Assembly: GCA_951406725.2 (NCBI GenBank)
Contig: OX597835.1
Span: 35,030,001 to 35,094,000, forward strand
Length of the DNA: 64,000 nt
Direction: 5' to 3'
From: Octopus vulgaris
Taxonomy: Eukaryota
Positions 56,124-64,000 of the stretch are shown piece after piece. Under the pieces are notes generated by a model, which worked only from the letters and a program-made list of their open reading frames with translations, had not been told where the DNA came from and searched no databases. The position numbers were made by a program, and so were the translations under genes. The stretch's first letter is position 1. Every line of letters starts with the position of its first letter.

Positions 56124-56389
56124 TACACACACGCACACAAACAGACATCACATATAAGAAGATATCTGTTCATTTTGGCTTTAAGAATCTTGTATCTTAT
56201 CTCGGAATCATTCACAAATCTTTCATTTAAAGTTCGGTTGCTGAGGTGTTTTTGTTGTTGTTGTTGTTGTTGTTATCAAATATTGTTATTGTTTTTGTGT
56301 TGGTGGTAGTGTTAGAGTGGTGCTTAGAGGCAACGCTTGTGATTTAGAAAACCGGCGAGGAGGGACGGGGGATGAATGCATCTGGTGGC

Positions 56390-56426
<37 letters not shown>

Positions 56427-57589
56427 ACTGATGTTGTTGTTGTTGTTGTTGATTATGCCGATGTGTTTTTCGTTATCTTTTAGCCGTATTAACTTCTGAT
56501 TAGTTTGTCAGTTAAGATAATTATCTTAACTGTGAAACTCATCACGATCGTGATTGTCATCACCATCATTATCATCACTGTCATCGTTGTCGTCGTCGTC
56601 GTTGTCGTTGTCATTATCATCATCATCATTATCAACTATCATCATCATCATTATCATCATCGTCGTCGTCGTTGTTGTCAACATCAGCATCACCATCTTC
56701 CCTATCATCGTCATCAGCACCATGGTCGTCATCACCATCGTCGTCATGAGTATCGCCACCATTATCTCCATCATCATCATTACAATCTCTTCTTCCCCTC
56801 CCCTCTCCACCTCCTCCTCCTCTCCTCCGCCTCATTCTCTTCTCCTCCTCCTCCTCCTCCTCCTTCTTTCCTCCTCCTCCTCTCCTTCTCTTCTTCCTCT
56901 CATCATCATCATCGTCGCCGTCATCTTCATTATCGTTATCTTCACAATCGCATTTAGAATAAAAATAAAAAGAGAAATGAAAATTTAAATGAAATAACTT
57001 GGAAAACAGACAAAAAAACATGAAAAAAAATACTGAAACAAACTAGCAAACAAACAAACGAACGAGCAACATGGCTTCCTCACATCCATATGCTATGCGG
57101 AATAAGGGAATAGCATTCTTCTGATTCTAATCAGAAACTAATATATTACATTAAGAGAATGATATTCTGATTTTAATCTGAATGATATTATTTCGTCATT
57201 CTGTTTAGTATGTGGCAGCCATGATTTTTGTCAAATTACTTGTTTTTTTAACTATAATTTTATTTTCTAACTTATTTTATATTTGCATTTCATTTTATTT
57301 TTATTTAAAGAATTTATTATGTTCTACGGTCTTCCTGGAGCTTATTCAGAAAGCATTTCCACTAATTCTAATTACAAATGGAATATTCAAGATCTAAAGA
57401 AAAGTAACAAGTAAAACCGCGAAACGGTTTTGCTATACGTATCTACATTTAGCTCTAGAAATAATGAAATATTTGACCATATTTATAAAAACTTACCTAT
57501 TGAGTTGTCAGTTAAATTCATTCATTCTATTCATTGGAATCCTTACTTTTTCATCAACAATTGTAACAAATCAGTCACTAATATATTCT

Positions 57590-57905
57590 CGTTTATTATT
57601 CATTAATTTTTGTCAATGCTCCACGAGATTATCAATGCCTTGAGGGTAGGAATCACCGGTTCATGCTTCGAAGAATTCATTGAGACACTCATGTTTCCAT
57701 ATCGTTGTTGAATGAGACGTCTCGCAGACTTTTGGATGTCGATCGAAAAAAAGGCGATGATTTGAACACACTATATCAGGAGAATATAGTGGATGCGGTA
57801 GATATTGAATAGCACTTCGGGTTAAATTTATCGACGCAGAGGCGAGCGTTATCGTCTTGAAGAAACACGCCACGTTGTCGGTCAGGTCGTTTGGATCTTA
57901 CCCGT
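57590..57905 (-). pseudogene. Old mariner catalytic-domain fragment
   Basis: VFLQDDNAR and IQYLPHPLYSPDIVCSNHRLF in shifted frames. Confidence 0.75.
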
Positions 57906-57920
57906 CGAGTGATGTGCGTG

Positions 57921-57997
<77 letters not shown>

Positions 57998-58135
57998 GTG
58001 GCTATTCACAATTTAGAATAAAGCAACTGAGGCTGCTAGCGAGCACCACCATTGCTAGAAATAAGAGCCAAAACAACTCTTAGCCTCGTGAGAGTACCGG
58101 CGCACCGGCTAACGATTGACAAGAGAGACAAGCTC

Positions 58136-58231
<96 letters not shown>

Positions 58232-58989
58232 TCACACACCCACAATATGTTTTCACAATTTCCCTCTACGAAAATTCTCTCAGAAAGCATTGGTTGGTCT
58301 GGGAGTTTAGAAGAAGATTCTTGCTCAAGGTTTCGCTGCTGAGAAACTGAACCGAAAACCCAGTTGCTGCAAAGCGAGTTCCTTAAACGTAGCCATGCCA
58401 GTGCATTGTCATAATTATGTAACGAAGGTTAACCGGTGCAAGTATATTACATCGTAACTTAGTCTTATGATATAACTTGTTTATGTCTTAAACATACGAC
58501 GTCAGTTGTAAAATCATAAGCGTATGATAAAATTAGCCAGTGCAAAATATATTATATCGTTGTCCAATTATAAAAAAGTCGTTAATCTAAACAGAAAGAT
58601 ATGATCAGATTAAAGGATTAGTCATAAAAACAGGTTGTTTGTCAGTCATAAACATATTACAAGATTAACGTCTTTAAGCCTATCATATCGTTGTTTAGTC
58701 GTAAAAAATATCGTTAGTTTAGTCATAAGTATATGACAAGGTTAATCAGTACAAGTAGAGTTTGTCTAGTAATTTACTGGTAATTAATTAATTAATTGTA
58801 GGATAAGAATTGCAGTGCGACAAGTAGAATGGTTTGGTTTGGGAGATTTTGATAAGTGGTTTGGCGGACATTTTGGAGCAACACAAAAGTCAATTCGTAC
58901 AAAACAATTTGTTAAGTTTATAGTTAAATGAAAGAAAGAAAGAAAGAATGAGAATGTGAATGATAAAAATAATAATAAAAACAACATAA

Positions 58990-59874
58990 TAAAAGGAGGA
59001 GGAGGAGGAGGGGAATAAAGAATAAGAGAGAGTGAGGAGAAGTTGGCGAAGAGGTTTTAACAGAAAAGTGGAAGACAGAAAGAGGAGGAAAAGAAAGAGG
59101 AGTAAGAGGAGAGGAAGGAGATGAAGAAGAAGGGTGAAAAAGGGTAAAAGGTAACAAGGAGGACGTATAAGGAGGAGGGGAAGAAAGCGGAGGAGGAGTA
59201 GGGTAAAAGACATCAAGGAGGGTGTAGAAGGAGAAGGAGAAGTGGAAGTGGGAGGAGGAGGAAGAGCAGAAGAGGGAGAAGGAGGAGAAGAAGAAAGGAA
59301 AAAAGCGGTAAAAGAAAACAAAGTGGGCGTAGGGGGAGAAGGAGGAGATGAGGAAGTGGAAGAAGAAGGAGGAAAAGGAGGTGGAGGAGGAGAAGAAGGA
59401 GAAGGAGAAGAAGAAGAAGAAAACAAAGGAAAAATTAGAAGCAGAAAAGGAGAAAAGGTAAGAGAAAGAGGAGGGGAAGGATGAGAAGAAGGAGGAGGAG
59501 AAGGTGAGGAAAGAGAAGAAGAAAATAACGATGGGGCGGGAAATAGAACCAGGAAAAATGGCAAGAGAAAAAGGAGGAGGAAGAAAGAGGAAGAAGGAGC
59601 AGGAGGAAGAAAAAAAGAAAGAGGAGGAGATTAAGAAGTAGAAGGAGGCGAAAAAGGAAAAATAGAAAGATGATGAATGAAAAGAAGAAATTAGAGAGAA
59701 TGAGAAAGGGGAAAAAAAGAGAGTAAGGATATGAAAGCAAGGAGAAGAGCATGACAAGGAATACAAAACGAAGAGAAGATGGTGACGATCAGGAGGAGGA
59801 GGAGACAAAGGAGGAGACGAAGGAGGAGAAGGAGGAGGAGGAGGAGGAGAAATGTATATATATATATATATATG

Positions 59875-59946
<72 letters not shown>

Positions 59947-60150
59947 AAGAAATGTGGAGAAAGAGATCGAGAGGGGAAAAGAGAAGAGAAAATATAGTAG
60001 TAGTAGTAGTAGTAGAAGAAGAAGAAGAAGAAGAAGAAGAAGAAGAAGAAGGAGAAGAAGAAGAAGTAGAAGGAGGAGGAGGAGGAGAAGAAGAAAGAGA
60101 AGAAGAAGGGAAAAGGAGAAAAATTAGAGGATAAGAAAGAGAAAGAGTAG
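58990..60150. repeat. GA-rich low-complexity tract with an internal (TA)n
   Basis: Directly visible. Confidence 0.9.
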
Positions 60151-60274
60151 AACGTTGTGTTTAAGAAGTTCGCTTCTCGATTCCACAGTCGTTTTAGTGG
60201 GTGGGGACGTGGGTTCAATCTCACAGCATGACATATTAAGGTACATACATACGTACATACATGCATATATATAC

Positions 60275-60972
60275 GTGTATGTGCGCGTGTGTGAGTGTGT
60301 GAGAGAGAGAGAGTGTATGTGTGTGAGCGTGTCTGAGTATGTGTGTGTCTGTGTGTAAGTGTATGTATGTGTGCGAGAGTCTATGTGAGTGTTTATGTGT
60401 GCGTGTGAGTATGTGTGTGAGTGTGTGTGTGTATGTGTGTGAGCGTGTGTGAGTATGTGTGTGTGAGTGTATCTGTGTGTGAGTGTGTGCGTGCGAGAGT
60501 GCATGTGAGTGTTTATGTGTGTGTGTGAGTATGTGTGAGTGTGTGTGTGTGTGAGTGTGTATGTGTGTGAGTGTGTGTGAGTATGTGCGTGTGAGTGTGT
60601 CTGTATGTGAGTGTGTGTGTGTGTGTGCGAGAGTGTATGTGAGTGTGTAAGTGTCTGTGTGTGTGTGTGAGCGTGTGTGAGTATGTGTGTGAGTGTGTCT
60701 GTGTGTGTGCGCGAGAGTGTATGTGAGTGTTTATGTGTGTGTGTGTGTGTGTGTGTGTGTGAGAGTATGTGAGTATGTGTGTGAGTGTGTCTGTGTGTGA
60801 GTGTGTGTGTGCGAGAGTGCATGTGAGTGTTTATGTGTGTGTGTGAGTATGTGTGTGAGTGTGTGTATGTGTGAGTGTGTGTGAGTATGTGTGTGTGTGT
60901 GTGCCTGTGTGTGAGTGTGTGTGTGCGAGAGTGTATGTGAGTATTTATGTGTGTGTGTGCGTGTGAGTATGT

Positions 60973-61010
<38 letters not shown>

Positions 61011-61023
61011 GTGTGTGTGTGTG
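60275..61023. repeat. Degenerate (GT)n array with recurring higher-order units
   Basis: The unit gcgagagtg(c/t)atgtgagtgtttatgtg recurs several times. Confidence 0.9.
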
Positions 61024-61554
61024 CACATGCAAAAAATACACAAAATTTTAACGGTGAATGTGAAAGAAGTGAACACAGCTATGATTAATAGCATTTGATA
61101 GTTTGAGTTACAAAAGCAACACTGAAATGGAATAAGAAAAATGGCCGAAAGGTATCCACCGCGTTGTAGCCTGTGGGCGGCCTTCGGCCATGTTGTGAAG
61201 ACGAGGAGTTAGTAGAATCGTTAGCACACCGGATGAAATGCTTAGCGGCATTTCGTCCGTTTTTACGTTCTGTGTTCAAATTCCGCCATTGTCGACTTTG
61301 CCTGTCATCCTTTCGGGGTCAATAAAATAAGTACCAGTTGCATACTGGGGTCGATGTAATCGATTTAGCTCCGTCCCCACAAACCTGCGGGCCTTATGCC
61401 AAAATTTAAGACCAAATAAATATATTGCACGTTATTTATTATTCATTGCCGTATCAACTTCGAGATTCACTGCTAAAATATTTTATTATAATTTTCAGAA
61501 CCTTTTACATTTTCGCGCTCGTGCAGTGTGTGTGTGCGCGTGTGCGCGCACGTA

Positions 61555-61637
<83 letters not shown>

Positions 61638-61781
61638 ATATATATCGGAGTACGCCACTCTAATCGTGATTGGAAATCATCAAAAAATTTGTCCGTGACT
61701 CTTCCACTTTTTCTCGTCCACTTTTTACCTTTCGTCTTTCTTCTACTCCGTCTTCCCTTCCTTGGACCTTTCCTTTTCTAT

Positions 61782-61815
61782 GTTTCTGACGAAGAGCTCC
61801 GCTCGAAACGTTAAA
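61782..61815 (+). ncRNA. Hammerhead motif, family 2, canonical core (element about 61690-61914, ending at (TA)n)
   Basis: gttt CTGACGA a GAGC tcc GCTC GAAA cg TT aaa. Confidence 0.65.
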
Positions 61816-61910
61816 TTCTCCTTCTTTCTTTCCTTTCGTGAGCGTCCAATAACACTATACTTGTTCCACGTCCTCGCGTTGTTGTGCTTTCTCTTTGTTC
61901 ATGTTCAGAT

Positions 61911-61967
<57 letters not shown>

Positions 61968-62367
61968 CAAAGTAGACTCGTCATTCGATATCCGGCATCC
62001 CAGATTCTGTGGCGTATGTATATCCTCCAACCAAACCCTAAATGAACGGTACGGTGGTCTGTCGAAGGATTACTCACTTTTGCCAGCCGAGTGGAATGTA
62101 TCAACGTGAAATGAAGTGTTTTGCTCAAGAACACAACACGTCACGTGGTCCAGGAATCGAAACCCTATACATACATACATACATACATATATACACATAG
62201 CTACATATACACACACGCACGCGCACCTTCGTTTTGGGATCACGACTACTTTATTATCTCTCCTTCTTCCTAGCTCTCATGTATGACCCCTCTGTCCGGC
62301 ATTCGCCATGATAGATTGCTAGCCACTACACATTCTTTATTTTCTCTCCTTGTTTCTTTTTGTGTTC

Positions 62368-62403
62368 CTTTCTGTGGAAAAACGTAGGCTCGAAACGTTA
62401 AAG
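62368..62403 (+). ncRNA. Hammerhead-like motif, family 1, decayed (element about 62303-62483)
   Basis: cttt CTGTGGA aaaacgtagGCTC GAAA cg TT aaag. Confidence 0.45.
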
Positions 62404-62480
62404 ACTTTTTCACTTTCCGAGCGTTAAACTAATACATCTGTTTGTTGCCTACACCACCTGTCTTCGTCTTGTGAATTCTC

Positions 62481-62540
<60 letters not shown>

Positions 62541-62606
62541 CTATATATATATATATATATAACACTATATATAACCTTCCTAGCCATCTGTCTAACTATC
62601 GATCTA

Positions 62607-62679
<73 letters not shown>

Positions 62680-63130
62680 GTCTAGACTAGAGTGCTTGTA
62701 AGGTACTTGGCTGGAATTCATATCCCTCTCCATTTATACAAGATAGATAGATAGATAGATGCATTTAGCAATCCGTTTATCGTCTATCTGTGTATATAAC
62801 CAATTTCAATCAAAACCTATCTGTGCGTGTGTGAGTGTGTGTATGCGTGTGTACGTGTGTGTGTGTGTATGTGTGTGTATGTGTGTGTATGTGTGCGTGC
62901 GTGTGGGCGTGTGTGCGTACATGCGTGTGTGCGTGTGTGTGTGTCTGTGTGTATATACATGCAGTTGGTATATGCATTGCATTGTATCTCTAATCAGAAG
63001 AATTTCGATTTCATGTCTATACAATCAATCTCATTATGCTGCCTACCAAATTCTAACTAATTGTTAATAATTACTCTCTATTAAATTGAAATCTCCCCAC
63101 TGACAACCATTGAAATATGTGCGTGCGCAG

Positions 63131-63188
<58 letters not shown>

Positions 63189-63432
63189 ATATATATGTAT
63201 ACATATATACATATGTGTGTGTGTGTACACACACATACACAAATATGCATATACCTATTTATATATATATATATATATATATACACATTTGCATATATGC
63301 ATGTGTGTATAGGCTTGCATATATATGTGTGTGTAGGTGTATACATTCACATATGTACACGCGTATAAACGCCTGTATCATACCAGGTACATATAAATAT
63401 ATGATTTATCATATGTGTGTGTTGAGAGAGAG

Positions 63433-63467
<35 letters not shown>

Positions 63468-63717
63468 CTACGTACATACATGCGTACATGCATATATACA
63501 TACAAATATACATACATACATAATAAATATATACATACACACAAGCACGCACACAGGCACACACATATACATACATGCATGCATGCATACATACATACAT
63601 ACATACATACATACATAAATACATACACACATACATACATACATACATACATAAATACATACACATACATACATACATACATACATACATACATACATAC
63701 ATAAATACATACACACA

Positions 63718-63749
<32 letters not shown>

Positions 63750-64000
63750 CACATACATACATACATACATACATACATACATACATACATACATACATAC
63801 ATACATACACACATGCATACATACATACATACATATCGTGGCACAGAATCGACACACTTTTGTTCCGAATTCACAAATAACAGAAGAAATGAATTCTGAA
63901 TTCTCTGAAACAAATAAATTAATGGAACAATTTATAGATTTACCCAAATTAATTTCCAAGAGAATTAATATACAATTAAAACATCAGAAGAAGACGACGA

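Noticed and set aside
58890-59808. Long S/P/F-rich ORFs
   Set aside because: Products of the GA-rich low-complexity tract.
63848-64000. About 50 open codons after a CAG, running off the window end
   Set aside because: No polypyrimidine tract, no recognisable domain, and too short to support without downstream sequence.

Overview
Gene-poor, AT-rich, extremely microsatellite-rich eukaryotic DNA. The tRNA-derived SINE families and the repeat landscape look like octopus/coleoid cephalopod DNA (inference). I found no credible host protein-coding exon: almost all ORF-track entries are microsatellite read-throughs. The window is a stack of mobile elements. It holds a 5'-truncated Dong/R4-type retrotransposon with an intact RT-CCHC-RLE ORF inside (TAA)n, a CR1-type RT, RTE and older Dong remnants, four mariner remnants and a maT (DD37D-like) remnant. 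It also holds two Chapaev3-like copies, a hAT MITE, a TGT..ACA solo LTR in (TA)n, and many copies of three SINE families. The most interesting signal is not in the ORF track: about 20 intact-to-degenerate type I hammerhead ribozyme motifs with palindromic helix III, from several sequence families. They sit in short elements abutting (TA)n tracts, often with inverted terminal duplications (up to a 211-bp near-perfect palindrome). A decayed Penelope-like (RT + GIY-YIG) element lies at about 46.2-48.1 kb. All folds and protein matches were read by eye; nothing was computed or searched.
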